From: Akkermansia muciniphila
GTDB lineage: Bacteria; Verrucomicrobiota; Verrucomicrobiia; Limisphaerales; UBA11320
Length of the DNA: 64,000 nt
Assembly (NCBI GenBank): GCA_945861575.1
Contig: CAMAVD010000003.1
Location: 3,036 to 67,035, forward strand
Direction: 5' to 3'
Under the pieces are notes generated by a model. It saw nothing but the letters and a program-made list of their open reading frames with translations. It was not told the origin of the DNA and searched no databases. Positions within the stretch are counted from its first letter, which is position 1, and each line of letters opens with the position of its first letter. This document shows positions 8,543-17,901 of this stretch, one piece after another. A program made the translations under genes and the position numbers.

Positions 8543-9340
8543 ATGAGATCGCTTCCCTGTTTCTTTCTTCTCTTCGGTTTGGTGGTATCTCTGGCCTCCG
8601 GAGTTCTCTTCAGTTCCTGCGGTACGATGGAGCAGACCCGTGTGGTGACGCCGCATATCGAGGGGGCATCCTTTGTTGGCAATAAGACCTGCTTCGAATG
8701 CCATACGAATATCTCCCGGGTTTTTCCGATGAGTCGTCATGCGCAGATTCAAATCGCTGGGGGCAAGGCTGGAGAGGTGTATGGATGTGAGTCGTGTCAT
8801 GGACCGGGGAGCCTGCATGTGGCTGCGGGGGGTGGGCGGGGTAAGTTTATCACCAATCCCGGGCAAAATCCCCAGGCCTGCTACGACTGTCATCTGCAAA
8901 CTCAGGCCGAGTTTAGTCTGCCCCATCATCACCCCGTTCCTGAGGGGCGTATGAACTGTGCCCAGTGTCATGACCCTCATGGACATGACATTTTAAAGCC
9001 CGCCTCTGCGGGTCTAGCCATGGCGCGTGTGAACGAAACCTGCGTGAGCTGTCATCGGGAGCAGGGACGTGTGCATGTCTTTGAGCATGAGGCGATGCGG
9101 GAAGGCTGCGTCAGTTGTCACAATCCACATGGTGGACCGCATCCCAAGATGCTCGTCGAGCGAGATAATAATCTCTGCCTCAAATGCCATGCCCAGATTC
9201 CTGTTCCGGGCACCGCAGGGGTTCAGATCTTCATCGGCAAACGCGATCACACGGCCAATCTCCGCCTGGGAGGGTGCTGGAGCTCAGGCTGTCATGCGGC
9301 CGTCCATGGCTCGCAGGTTCATCCCCGACTCTTCTATTAA
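8543..9340 (+). CDS. multihaem (7 CxxCH + 1 CX4CH) c-type cytochrome, probable lipoprotein
   Basis: Start taken at MRSLPCFFLLFGLVVSLASGVLFSSC, with ggagg 9 nt upstream. Haem motifs are CFECH, CESCH, CYDCH, CAQCH, CVSCH, CVSCH, CLKCH and a terminal CWSSGCH. It has doubled-CXXCH style spacing. Confidence 0.85.
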   Translation: MRSLPCFFLLFGLVVSLASGVLFSSCGTMEQTRVVTPHIEGASFVGNKTCFECHTNISRVFPMSRHAQIQIAGGKAGEVYGCESCHGPGSLHVAAGGGRGKFITNPGQNPQACYDCHLQTQAEFSLPHHHPVPEGRMNCAQCHDPHGHDILKPASAGLAMARVNETCVSCHREQGRVHVFEHEAMREGCVSCHNPHGGPHPKMLVERDNNLCLKCHAQIPVPGTAGVQIFIGKRDHTANLRLGGCWSSGCHAAVHGSQVHPRLFY

Positions 9341-9353
9341 CCTCAACTCCACC

Positions 9354-11738
9354 ATGAGAAAGCACAGGCGCCAACGTCGGGGATTTGGGGTGGGTTTGCT
9401 CGCGGGATTCGGAGCTCTTCTCGCGGCCGGGGCTGAGAATGTCGATGTCTCCAAGCTGCCACCGCCTGCCGCCGCCAAGGTCGACTTTGATCGCGATATC
9501 CGGCCGATTTTTGAGAAGAGCTGTCTGCGCTGCCATGGGCCGGAGAAGCCCAAGGGCGACTTTCGTCTGGACCGAGCCGACCTCGCTCTCAAGGCAGGCG
9601 AGCATGGCCCGGCGATCCTTCCAATGAAGAGTGAGCAGAGCCGTCTGATTCACTTTGTAGCCCGTTTGGTGCCGGACATGGAAATGCCCCCTGATGGCAA
9701 GGCTGAGCCATTGACGGCCGTGCAGGTCGGCTTGCTGCGGGCATGGATCGACCAGGGTGCCAGTTGGGGTGCCTCGAAGTCCGTGGATCCCTATCGTTTC
9801 GACTACACCACTCTTTTTGGCGCTACCTCGGTCCAGGGCAACGAGGCGAAGTTTCGGGAACACTTCTGGATGCCCCAGGGGGTGAACGGCGGGATCGAGC
9901 ATTTCAGTTTCAGCCAGCGTCAGAAAGACGACTCCACTTTCACGGCCAGCGGGCGGATTCTCCGCGATGACTATCGCGTGAGCCTCGCCTTGGAAAAGCC
10001 GAAGCTTGGATCGGTTCGTTTTGGTTGGGAGCAGTCACGTAAATATTTCTCCGACCTGGGTGGTTACCATCCGGGGTTGGCCGTACAAACGCCCGCCCTG
10101 GGTCGCGAGCTGTTCTTGGATGGAGGCCGGACCTGGTTTGATGTCACCTTGAATCGACCCGACTGGCCTGTGATCACACTGGGGTATGAGTACCAGTATC
10201 GGGATGGTGAGAAGTCCATGTTGAACTGGGGCAATACAGAGGATCCCACGACCACGGGCCGGAGCGTCTATCCGGCCTACAAGGGGATCCGCGAAGCGGT
10301 CCACATCCTGAAGTTCGACCTGGACTATTCTGTGGGTGACTGGCGTTTTCAGGATCAATTTCGTGGCGAATTCTTCGATTTACGTACGGAGAATCATCGA
10401 CTCCAGTATGACACTACCTTTTTCTCACTGACAGCGAATCAGGACAGTCGAGAGGGCACCCGTCATATCCAGGGGGCCAATGCTTTTCGGATCGAGCGCC
10501 CGATTCGCAGTTGGCTCTTCGGTTCGGCCGGCTATCTGTTCAGTCGCCTGGAGGGTGAGTCCTCAGTGGGTTTGTCGGGGACGTATTACGGAGATGCGGG
10601 TTCCCCGATCGCTGGCAGCATCGCCGCTCATGACATCATTCTCGACCGTCAGACCCACTTGGGGAACATCAACCTTATGGCCGGGCCCTGGGAAGGCTTC
10701 TCCGTGTCGGCTGGAGCTCAGACCGACTGGACGCATCAGCGCGGTTTCGGTGCTCCGGTGTTGAACATCCCTTTACTCGCGATTATTGACGGCATTGATT
10801 CCGTGAGCGCCAACTCCGATCGTAAGTCGGTGGAGGAGACCGTGATGGCGCGCTACACCAAGATTCCTGGCACGGTTCTTTTCGGGGACGCGAGAGTGCG
10901 TCAGGAGTCGGCGGATGTGACTCAAGAGCTCAACGACCTGAGCATTTTCTCATTCTCCCGTGAAAGCCACATCGGCTCCGAGTTGAAGGATTGGCGTGCG
11001 GGTTTCAACAACTCCTCGTTGTCGAGGGTGACCTTCGGTGGGCATTTCCGCCAGCGTCAGTACGCCGATCATTACGGAACGCGACTCGATGAATGGCTGG
11101 GGACCCCCACAGCGGGCTATCCCGCCTTTATCCGGGAACGGGAGACGTCGACGGACGAGGTTCAAGGGCAGATGACCGCGCGGCTCGCCTCCTGGTTTCG
11201 GTCCACCTTCACCTACAAATGGTCGGGGGTAGATTATTGGACGGTGACGGATCAGGAGGCCTCCGGCCCTGGCAGTCCGGGTGGGGGCCACTATAGCGGG
11301 AGGCAGATGGCGCAGAGCTTTAGCGTGGGTGGAGCCATTACTCCCTGGAGACGCCTCCGCTTGAACGAGAACTTTACCTACCGTCACACTCGCACCACCA
11401 CCGCGCAAAACGATATCGCGTCTGTGGTCCCCTTTCGCGGGGATCTCTACTCGGTCATTTCCGGCGCGACGTATCTGCTCACTCCCACCACCGATCTGAC
11501 TGCCAACTACACTTGGTCGCGTGCGGACTATGGCCAGGACCAGTTTGCCGGTGGGCTGCCACTGGGTTTGGATTATGAGCTTCACGGGCTTCAGACCGGG
11601 TTGGTTTGGAAGTTCCGCAAGCGATTCACCACTCGGGTGCAGTATGGCTTCTATCAGTACGACGAGAAGAACTCGGGCGGCTACAATAACTACACCGCTC
11701 ACGCCGTGTTCATGACGGTGAACGTCAAGATGCCCTGA
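9354..11738 (+). CDS. secreted PSCyt1 (Planctomycete cytochrome C) domain fused to a large beta-barrel-like domain
   Basis: Start at MRKHRRQRRGFGVGLLAGFGALLAAGA (signal peptide). The PSCyt1 signature is IRPIFEKSCLRCHGPEKPKGDFRL...MPPDGK...LLRAWIDQGASW. This is followed by about 650 aa that are aromatic- and Gly-rich with alternating strand-like sequence. Confidence 0.8.
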   Translation: MRKHRRQRRGFGVGLLAGFGALLAAGAENVDVSKLPPPAAAKVDFDRDIRPIFEKSCLRCHGPEKPKGDFRLDRADLALKAGEHGPAILPMKSEQSRLIHFVARLVPDMEMPPDGKAEPLTAVQVGLLRAWIDQGASWGASKSVDPYRFDYTTLFGATSVQGNEAKFREHFWMPQGVNGGIEHFSFSQRQKDDSTFTASGRILRDDYRVSLALEKPKLGSVRFGWEQSRKYFSDLGGYHPGLAVQTPALGRELFLDGGRTWFDVTLNRPDWPVITLGYEYQYRDGEKSMLNWGNTEDPTTTGRSVYPAYKGIREAVHILKFDLDYSVGDWRFQDQFRGEFFDLRTENHRLQYDTTFFSLTANQDSREGTRHIQGANAFRIERPIRSWLFGSAGYLFSRLEGESSVGLSGTYYGDAGSPIAGSIAAHDIILDRQTHLGNINLMAGPWEGFSVSAGAQTDWTHQRGFGAPVLNIPLLAIIDGIDSVSANSDRKSVEETVMARYTKIPGTVLFGDARVRQESADVTQELNDLSIFSFSRESHIGSELKDWRAGFNNSSLSRVTFGGHFRQRQYADHYGTRLDEWLGTPTAGYPAFIRERETSTDEVQGQMTARLASWFRSTFTYKWSGVDYWTVTDQEASGPGSPGGGHYSGRQMAQSFSVGGAITPWRRLRLNENFTYRHTRTTTAQNDIASVVPFRGDLYSVISGATYLLTPTTDLTANYTWSRADYGQDQFAGGLPLGLDYELHGLQTGLVWKFRKRFTTRVQYGFYQYDEKNSGGYNNYTAHAVFMTVNVKMP

Positions 11739-11985
11739 GGGGTCAGCGGCCGTTCTCATTCTGGCAAAGAACTCCCGGTGATCTAACGGTTCAATGCTCG
11801 CCTCACTCTGGGATCCCTCCAGGATCCTGTGCATTAAATCAGCGAACCGGTGGTGTCGTCCCGTGGGTCCTCAACCCACCGGCTATTGGCTGCGATCCCT
11901 TCGGGATCAGGTTCGAGTAAGTTCAACATTTCCGTTGACCCGGAGGGGTGCCGAGCGTAGGGACTAGGTCATCGCTCAGTCTCTC

Positions 11986-14352
11986 ATGAAATCACGCGCC
12001 CTAGTGGTTCTCTTGTTGCTTCCGGCGTTGCTCGCCCTGGGAGATTCTCCTAAGGGGGCGAGGACTCTCGAGGGAACTCTGCCGCTGGCCGAGGTGCCGG
12101 ATCGTTCCGCTGCCATGGTGGCGGGGATCGACCGTTTCCTTCTGGCGCAGACGGCTGCAGCTACCCGAGAGCGCACAAATCTGTGGCATCGCGACCTTTC
12201 TTCGGCGGCCGCGCACACTCGATCGGTCGAAACCAATCGCTCTCATCTGAGGCGCATCCTTGGGGTTGTGGATGAGCGACTCCCGGTCACCGAACTTTTT
12301 CGAATCGATTCCACCTCCCATCCGGCCCTGGTCGCTAGGACCGCCTTGTTTAGGGTGTGGGCGGTACGGTGGCCGGTGTTCGAAGGGGTGTTCGGAGAGG
12401 GCCTGCTGCTCGAGCCCATGGGACGCACTCATGCCCGGGTTGTAGCCATACCTGATGCGGATCAAACCCCGGAGATGCTGGCGGGTCTTGCGCCGGGGCT
12501 TCCTCCGCAGTCGCAATTCGCCCGTCGCTTGGCGGAGACCGGATGTGAAGTGCTCGTGCCCGTGATTGCGAGTCGGCAGGATGACGCTTCCGGCAACGCC
12601 GCGCTGGGCCGTTTCACCAATCTCCCCCATCGCGAATGGATCTATCGGCAGGCGTTCGAGTTGGGGCGTCACGTGATCGGCTACGAGCTCCAGAAGATCT
12701 TGGCGGCAGTGGATTGGTTCACTCTCGAGAATCAACCGATGGGAAAACGTGCGGGCACTCCCGCCATTGGTGTGATGGGGTATGGGGAAGGAGGACTGCT
12801 GGCTCTATGCGCTGCCGCAATCGATCGACGAATCGCCTCGGTAGTGGTGAGTGGCTACTTTGAATCCAGGGAAGGCGTCTGGGAGGAGCCCATTTATCGC
12901 AATGTGTTTGGGCTGCTGCAGGAGTTTGGGGATGCCGAGATCGCGAGTCTTATCGCTCCGCGTTCGCTCCGGATTGAACACAGTGCGGGCCCGGCGGTTC
13001 TGGGGCCTCCTGCCCCTCGGGACGGTCGGCGCGGAGCCGCCCCCGGAAAGATAACCCCGCCTGAATACGCTTCAGTGGAAACAGAGTTTCGACGCGCTCT
13101 GGCCCTAGTGGATGCACCGTGGGCCTCCGAATTCGCTGAACTCATCAACGGAAGCGAAGGGGGGTATGTCGAGGTGGGATCGGACAAGACTCTGGTAGGA
13201 TTTCTGAGCTCTTTGACCTTGGTGCCCATCGAGCGGATGCCTGTCCTTGGGCCGGAACCCATCGATCGTCGTGAAGGTTTCGATCCCTCCCGACGCCAGG
13301 CATCGCAAGTCGACGAAATGGTTCAGCACACCCAACGCTTGCTTCGGCGCTCAGAGGCGACGCGCGACCGCCGGGTACCCGCGCTGCTGCGCCCTCGCGG
13401 CACCGAGGATCGGCGAGAGCTTCTCAGGGAACAGCAAGGGGTTCTTTGGGATGATGTGATCGGGAGATTCCCTCCGCCCACCGAGTCGGCCATGCCACGC
13501 AGTCGTCTCATTCACGAAGAGAAAGCGTGGGTGGGTTACGATGTGACTTTTGATCTTTGGCCCGAGGTGTTCGCGTGGGGGGTGCTCCTGCTTCCCAAGG
13601 ATTTGAAGCCGGGCGAGCGCCGTCCTGTGGTAGTCTGTCAGCACGGTCTGGAGGGACTTCCGTTTAACATCATCACTCAGAATCCGAAGCATCCTTCATA
13701 TCAAGGCAATCTTGGATTCGCCTCCCGGCTGGTTGAGCGGGGTTTTGTGGTGTTTGCGCCCCACAATCCTTATCGAGGAGAGGATCGGTTCCGCGTCCTC
13801 CAGAGGAAGGCCAATCCGCTGGGTAAGTCCCTCTTCTCGGTGATCCTCGCGCAGCACGAGCGCATATTGGATTGGCTTTCCGCTCAGACCTTTGTTGATC
13901 CGAAGCGCATCGCTTTCTACGGCATTTCCTACGGAGGCAAGACCGCGATGCGTGTGCCGGCGTTGCTGGATCGGTACTGTCTCTCCATCTGCTCGGCCGA
14001 TTTCAACGAGTGGATTCAGAAGAATGTGACGGTTGATTCGGGTTACAGCTATCTCTACACCGGAGAGTACGAGTTGCCTGAGTTTAACCTGGGCCATACT
14101 TTCAATTACGCCGAGATGGCGGCGTTGATTGCTCCGCGTCCTTTCATGGTGGAGCGGGGGCATGATGATGGAGTGGCGCCCGATGAATGGGTTGCTCACG
14201 AATATGCTCGGGTGCGGCGCTTGTATGCCAAGCTAGGGATTCCGGAGCGAACAGAGATCGAGTTCTTCAATGGGCCGCACGCCATTCACGGACACGGAAC
14301 GTTCCGCTTTCTGCACCGGCATCTGAACTGGCCAGAGCCAAAGAGCCCTTGA
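11986..14352 (+). CDS. secreted tandem alpha/beta-hydrolase (dienelactone hydrolase/esterase-like) protein
   Basis: Signal peptide MKSRALVVLLLLPALLALG. There are two hydrolase-fold halves. The second carries GISYGG plus HDDG and a C-terminal His. The first has GYGEGG at the nucleophile elbow. Confidence 0.8.
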   Translation: MKSRALVVLLLLPALLALGDSPKGARTLEGTLPLAEVPDRSAAMVAGIDRFLLAQTAAATRERTNLWHRDLSSAAAHTRSVETNRSHLRRILGVVDERLPVTELFRIDSTSHPALVARTALFRVWAVRWPVFEGVFGEGLLLEPMGRTHARVVAIPDADQTPEMLAGLAPGLPPQSQFARRLAETGCEVLVPVIASRQDDASGNAALGRFTNLPHREWIYRQAFELGRHVIGYELQKILAAVDWFTLENQPMGKRAGTPAIGVMGYGEGGLLALCAAAIDRRIASVVVSGYFESREGVWEEPIYRNVFGLLQEFGDAEIASLIAPRSLRIEHSAGPAVLGPPAPRDGRRGAAPGKITPPEYASVETEFRRALALVDAPWASEFAELINGSEGGYVEVGSDKTLVGFLSSLTLVPIERMPVLGPEPIDRREGFDPSRRQASQVDEMVQHTQRLLRRSEATRDRRVPALLRPRGTEDRRELLREQQGVLWDDVIGRFPPPTESAMPRSRLIHEEKAWVGYDVTFDLWPEVFAWGVLLLPKDLKPGERRPVVVCQHGLEGLPFNIITQNPKHPSYQGNLGFASRLVERGFVVFAPHNPYRGEDRFRVLQRKANPLGKSLFSVILAQHERILDWLSAQTFVDPKRIAFYGISYGGKTAMRVPALLDRYCLSICSADFNEWIQKNVTVDSGYSYLYTGEYELPEFNLGHTFNYAEMAALIAPRPFMVERGHDDGVAPDEWVAHEYARVRRLYAKLGIPERTEIEFFNGPHAIHGHGTFRFLHRHLNWPEPKSP

Positions 14353-14392
14353 GTGAGTGTGAAGACCCTTGGACGGCGTGTGCGGGTTGAAC

Positions 14393-15235
14393 CTAGCCGT
14401 ACCGGCCTTCGATGTAGTCCGCTGTTTTGGGGTGCTTTGGGATCAGGAAGAGGTCCTCGGTGCGGCTGTGCTCGATGAGTTCTCCCATCAGCATGAACAG
14501 GCATTCGTCGCTGGAGCGGCGTGCCTGGGCCATGTTGTGGGTAACGATCACCATGGTGTAGCGACCCTTCAGCGCGAACATCAATTCCTCGATCGCGCGG
14601 GTACCATCGACATCGAGCGCGCTACAAGGTTCGTCCATCAGAATAATCTGAGGCTTGAGCGGTAGGAGTCGGGCGATGCACAGCTTCTGCTGCTGCTCGA
14701 GCTGGAGCTCCGTTGCCTTACCCTTCAGCCGATCCTTCAGATCTTTCCAAAGACCGACCTCGGTCAGCGCCTTTTCAACCGCATCGTCCAGGTCCGACCT
14801 GGATGGGGTTCGCTCGCTATGGATACGGATTCCGAAGACCACGTTCTCGTAAATCGATATGGGAAGCGGATTGGGACGTTGGAACACCATGCCCACGCTC
14901 TTACGAAGCTCAATCAGCGAAACGTCCGGGTCATAGATGTTCTTGCCCTCAATCTTGATCTCGCCCTTGGTGGTGACGTAGCCGTAGCGCTCGTTCACTC
15001 GATTGAAACACCGGAGCAGAGTGGTCTTGCCGCATCCGCTTGGACCGATCAGTGAGGTGATCAATCCATGGCGAATGTCCACGGTGACGTTTTTCAATGC
15101 CTGGAAGCTGCCATACCACAGGGAGAGGTCGCGCGCGACGAGGCTGTAGCTGGGACTGCCGACTTGGATTGGGGCCTGGGCGTTTGGATCCATGGGCAAC
15201 GGCGTTTGCTGATTATCCAAAGATGCCGTTGACAT
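14393..15235 (-). CDS. pstB: phosphate ABC transporter ATP-binding protein PstB (canonical copy)
   Basis: Walker A GPSGCGKTT, Q-loop MVFQ, signature LQLEQQQ, Walker B ILMDEP, H-loop VTHNM and C-terminal YIEGRYG. The start is ambiguous (15193, 15235 or 15268). Confidence 0.9.
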   Translation of the reverse strand: MSTASLDNQQTPLPMDPNAQAPIQVGSPSYSLVARDLSLWYGSFQALKNVTVDIRHGLITSLIGPSGCGKTTLLRCFNRVNERYGYVTTKGEIKIEGKNIYDPDVSLIELRKSVGMVFQRPNPLPISIYENVVFGIRIHSERTPSRSDLDDAVEKALTEVGLWKDLKDRLKGKATELQLEQQQKLCIARLLPLKPQIILMDEPCSALDVDGTRAIEELMFALKGRYTMVIVTHNMAQARRSSDECLFMLMGELIEHSRTEDLFLIPKHPKTADYIEGRYG

Positions 15236-16022
15236 AGTCGTAGGTTCTGCGGTCTTTGGGTTGATCACTGAACATCACTTCCGTGCGGTCGATCTCCACA
15301 ATCTCACCGTTCCAGAGGAACATCGTGCGGGCTGCGAGGCGACGTGCCTGCTGCACCAGATTGGTCACGAGAATGATGGTCATGTGGCGTTTCAGCTCCT
15401 TGAGCACGTCCTCGATCCGCATCGTGGTCACGGGATCGATGGCGATACTGAACTCGTCGAGACAGAGGATCTCGGGTTCGTGGGAGAGAGCGCGCGCGAT
15501 GGTGAGGCGTTGCTGCTGGCCCCCGGAGAGCTTGGTGCCGAGTGAGTCGAGCCGGTCCTTGACCTCATCCCAGAGCGCGGCCTGACGCAGGCATCGTTCG
15601 ACCAGTTCGTCCAGGAGTCCCTTGTTTCGCTGTCCTGCAGCCCGGGGAGCAAAGGCGACGTTGTCGTAAATGCTCAGCGGGAGGCCAACAGGCAGGGGGG
15701 CGACCATGCCGATGCGGCGCCGCAATTCGTAGACGTTCTGAATCGTTTGAGTGTCCTCGCCGTCGATTCGGATCTTCCCCGACATTTTAGCCCCCGCGGT
15801 GAACTCGATCGTTCGATTGATGCAGCGAAGCAAGGAGGTCTTCCCTGATTGCGCTGGGCCGATCACCCCGAGGATCTCGTTCGGCTCGATGTGAAAGGAG
15901 ATGCCATGAATGACCTCCTTTGGGCCGTAGGACAGGCGCAGATTGTCCACCTCGATCTTGCGAGGGGCACTCGTCGAGGTGCGATCTGAGGCTGTGGGGG
16001 AGGAGGTGGCTTGGGCTACCAT
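15213..16022 (-). CDS. PstB paralogue with degenerate Q-loop and H-loop
   Basis: Start at MVAQATSS, overlapping the pstA stop as ATGGTAG. Walker A GPAQSGKTS, signature LSGGQQQR and Walker B LCLDEF are present. MVAP replaces MVFQ, and VTNLVQQA replaces VTHNMQQA. Confidence 0.85.
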   Translation of the reverse strand: MVAQATSSPTASDRTSTSAPRKIEVDNLRLSYGPKEVIHGISFHIEPNEILGVIGPAQSGKTSLLRCINRTIEFTAGAKMSGKIRIDGEDTQTIQNVYELRRRIGMVAPLPVGLPLSIYDNVAFAPRAAGQRNKGLLDELVERCLRQAALWDEVKDRLDSLGTKLSGGQQQRLTIARALSHEPEILCLDEFSIAIDPVTTMRIEDVLKELKRHMTIILVTNLVQQARRLAARTMFLWNGEIVEIDRTEVMFSDQPKDRRTYDYVNGIFG

Positions 16023-16945
16023 TTCTTTCGAGATCTGAGGTGGATGCGGAAGGCAATGGCGGCCGCGTTGACCAGGACGACCACTCCTATAAGAACGGTG
16101 GCGATTGTGTAGGGAAGTTCCTTGGGTGCGCCGCTGGCCTGCGTTGCGATGTAATACAAATGCATCGAGAGCGCCATGCACTGGTCTTTGATCGGGTGAT
16201 AGAGAAAGAATCCTGTGGTATCGAGCATCTTCCAGGTGGTCACGCCCGTGAGCATGACGGGAGCTGTTTCCCCTGCCGTGCGCGATACCTGGAGAATGAC
16301 TCCCGTCAGGATTCCGCTGATGGAGTTCGGCAGAACGATCCGACGAATGGTTTGCCAACGTGTCGCTCCCACATTCCAGCAGGCCTCACGGAAGGTCAGG
16401 GGGACACTCGACAGCGCCTCCTTGGTAGAGGCGATGATGACGGGCAAGGTCATCACTGCCAGTGTGAGCGCGGCCGCAATGATCGATTTCTTGCCGTCGT
16501 TGAAGTTGGCAAAGTAAACGAAGGCACCCACTCCGAAGAGACCGTGGACGATGCTGGGCACGCCGGCTAGGTTCACCACCGCGAGGTTTACGATCCGGGT
16601 GAAGATATTGTCGCGCGCATACTCATTGAGATAGACTGCGGCCAGCACACCAATAGGAGCGGAGATCGCCAAGGAGAAGAAGACGATGTAGAGCGTGCCA
16701 ATCAGGGCGGACCAGATCCCGCCGCGAACGCCGCCGCCCCGGGGATTGGTCGTCAGGAATTCCCAGGAGAGCAGAGGCCAGCCTTTGACTACGACATAGC
16801 CGATAATCAGCAACAGAGGCACGATCATGGCACAGGCCATGCCTCCGAAGAAGACCTTCGCCAACCATTCGGTGCGGATCTTCCTGCGGACGAACGGTGT
16901 CTCCGCGAATGATCCGATAGGGATGCGTGTGGTGGGGGTGCTCAT
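16016..16945 (-). CDS. pstA: phosphate ABC transporter permease PstA
   Basis: 309-aa polytopic permease in the pstA position. It has EAxxxxGA-type motifs (REACWNVGATRWQTIRRIVLP). Confidence 0.9.
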   Translation of the reverse strand: MSTPTTRIPIGSFAETPFVRRKIRTEWLAKVFFGGMACAMIVPLLLIIGYVVVKGWPLLSWEFLTTNPRGGGVRGGIWSALIGTLYIVFFSLAISAPIGVLAAVYLNEYARDNIFTRIVNLAVVNLAGVPSIVHGLFGVGAFVYFANFNDGKKSIIAAALTLAVMTLPVIIASTKEALSSVPLTFREACWNVGATRWQTIRRIVLPNSISGILTGVILQVSRTAGETAPVMLTGVTTWKMLDTTGFFLYHPIKDQCMALSMHLYYIATQASGAPKELPYTIATVLIGVVVLVNAAAIAFRIHLRSRKKW

Positions 16946-16950
16946 GGCGC

Positions 16951-17844
16951 TTACTTTTTTCGGATACCCTTGACCACGAGATCGGCCGTGAGATTGACGA
17001 CAAAGGTGATGGTGAAGAGGAGAACACCGATCAGGAAGAGCACCTGATAATGTTCGGAGCCCTTCGAGGTCTCGCCCAGTTCGGCAGCAATGGTCGCCGT
17101 CAGGGTGCGGACTGGATCAAAGACGCTCTGAGGGATACGAACCGAATGACCTGTGGCCATGAGCACTGCCATGGTCTCTCCGATCGCTCGTCCTACGCCC
17201 AGCAGCACAGCGGCCAGCAGTCCATTCTTGGAGGCGGGGAGCAGCACGCGGCGAATCATCTGCCAGCGGGTGGCGCCCAGAGCCACGGCGGCTTCGCGAT
17301 AGCTGTCTGGCACCGCCTTGAGCGCGTCCTCTCCGATGCTCACCATAATGGGCACGCTCATGAGCGCGAGCAGGAGGGCTCCGTTGAGCATGTTGACCCC
17401 GATAGGAGTGTGGAAAGTGTTGATCAGCAGAGGGCTCATCACGCCGAGGCCGATGAAGCCCCAGACCACGCTGGGGATGGCGGCCAGAAGCTCTATGACC
17501 ACCTTCAGGGTCTCCTTGGTCTTCTTTCCGCAGAATTCGGACACGAACACGGCCGCGCCGAGTCCGAAGGGGACCGCAATCACCATGGCGAGCATCGTGA
17601 CACTCAGCGTCCCGACGATCAGCGCGCCTACGCCGTATTTTGGTATGTTTTGCGACGTGGGAATCCAGGAGGTGCTGAAAAGGAACTCGCCAAGGTTGAT
17701 ACTCTTGAGCGCCGGGGCGGCTTCTTTGAATACGAAAAAGAAGATGCCGAAGACGAACAAGATGGCACTGAAGCCACAGAGGTGAATCAGGGCTTCAACT
17801 GCCTTTTCGGACACTCTCTCAAAATGGGCTCGGAAGGGTCGCAT
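16951..17844 (-). CDS. pstC: phosphate ABC transporter permease PstC
   Basis: 297-aa permease containing EAAVALGATRWQMIRRVLLP, located directly downstream of pstS. Confidence 0.9.
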   Translation of the reverse strand: MRPFRAHFERVSEKAVEALIHLCGFSAILFVFGIFFFVFKEAAPALKSINLGEFLFSTSWIPTSQNIPKYGVGALIVGTLSVTMLAMVIAVPFGLGAAVFVSEFCGKKTKETLKVVIELLAAIPSVVWGFIGLGVMSPLLINTFHTPIGVNMLNGALLLALMSVPIMVSIGEDALKAVPDSYREAAVALGATRWQMIRRVLLPASKNGLLAAVLLGVGRAIGETMAVLMATGHSVRIPQSVFDPVRTLTATIAAELGETSKGSEHYQVLFLIGVLLFTITFVVNLTADLVVKGIRKK

Positions 17845-17901
17845 GCGCTACGAATAAGACCCGGGCCGGAAGGTCGGCCCGGGTCGTTGGGGGGGGACAG
17901 T

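Noticed and set aside
8399-9353. N-terminal extensions of the cytochrome ORF (8399-8542) and of the barrel ORF (9069-9353)
   Set aside because: The signal peptides begin at internal Mets (8543 and 9354). The upstream extension of the second ORF overlaps the cytochrome gene in another frame.
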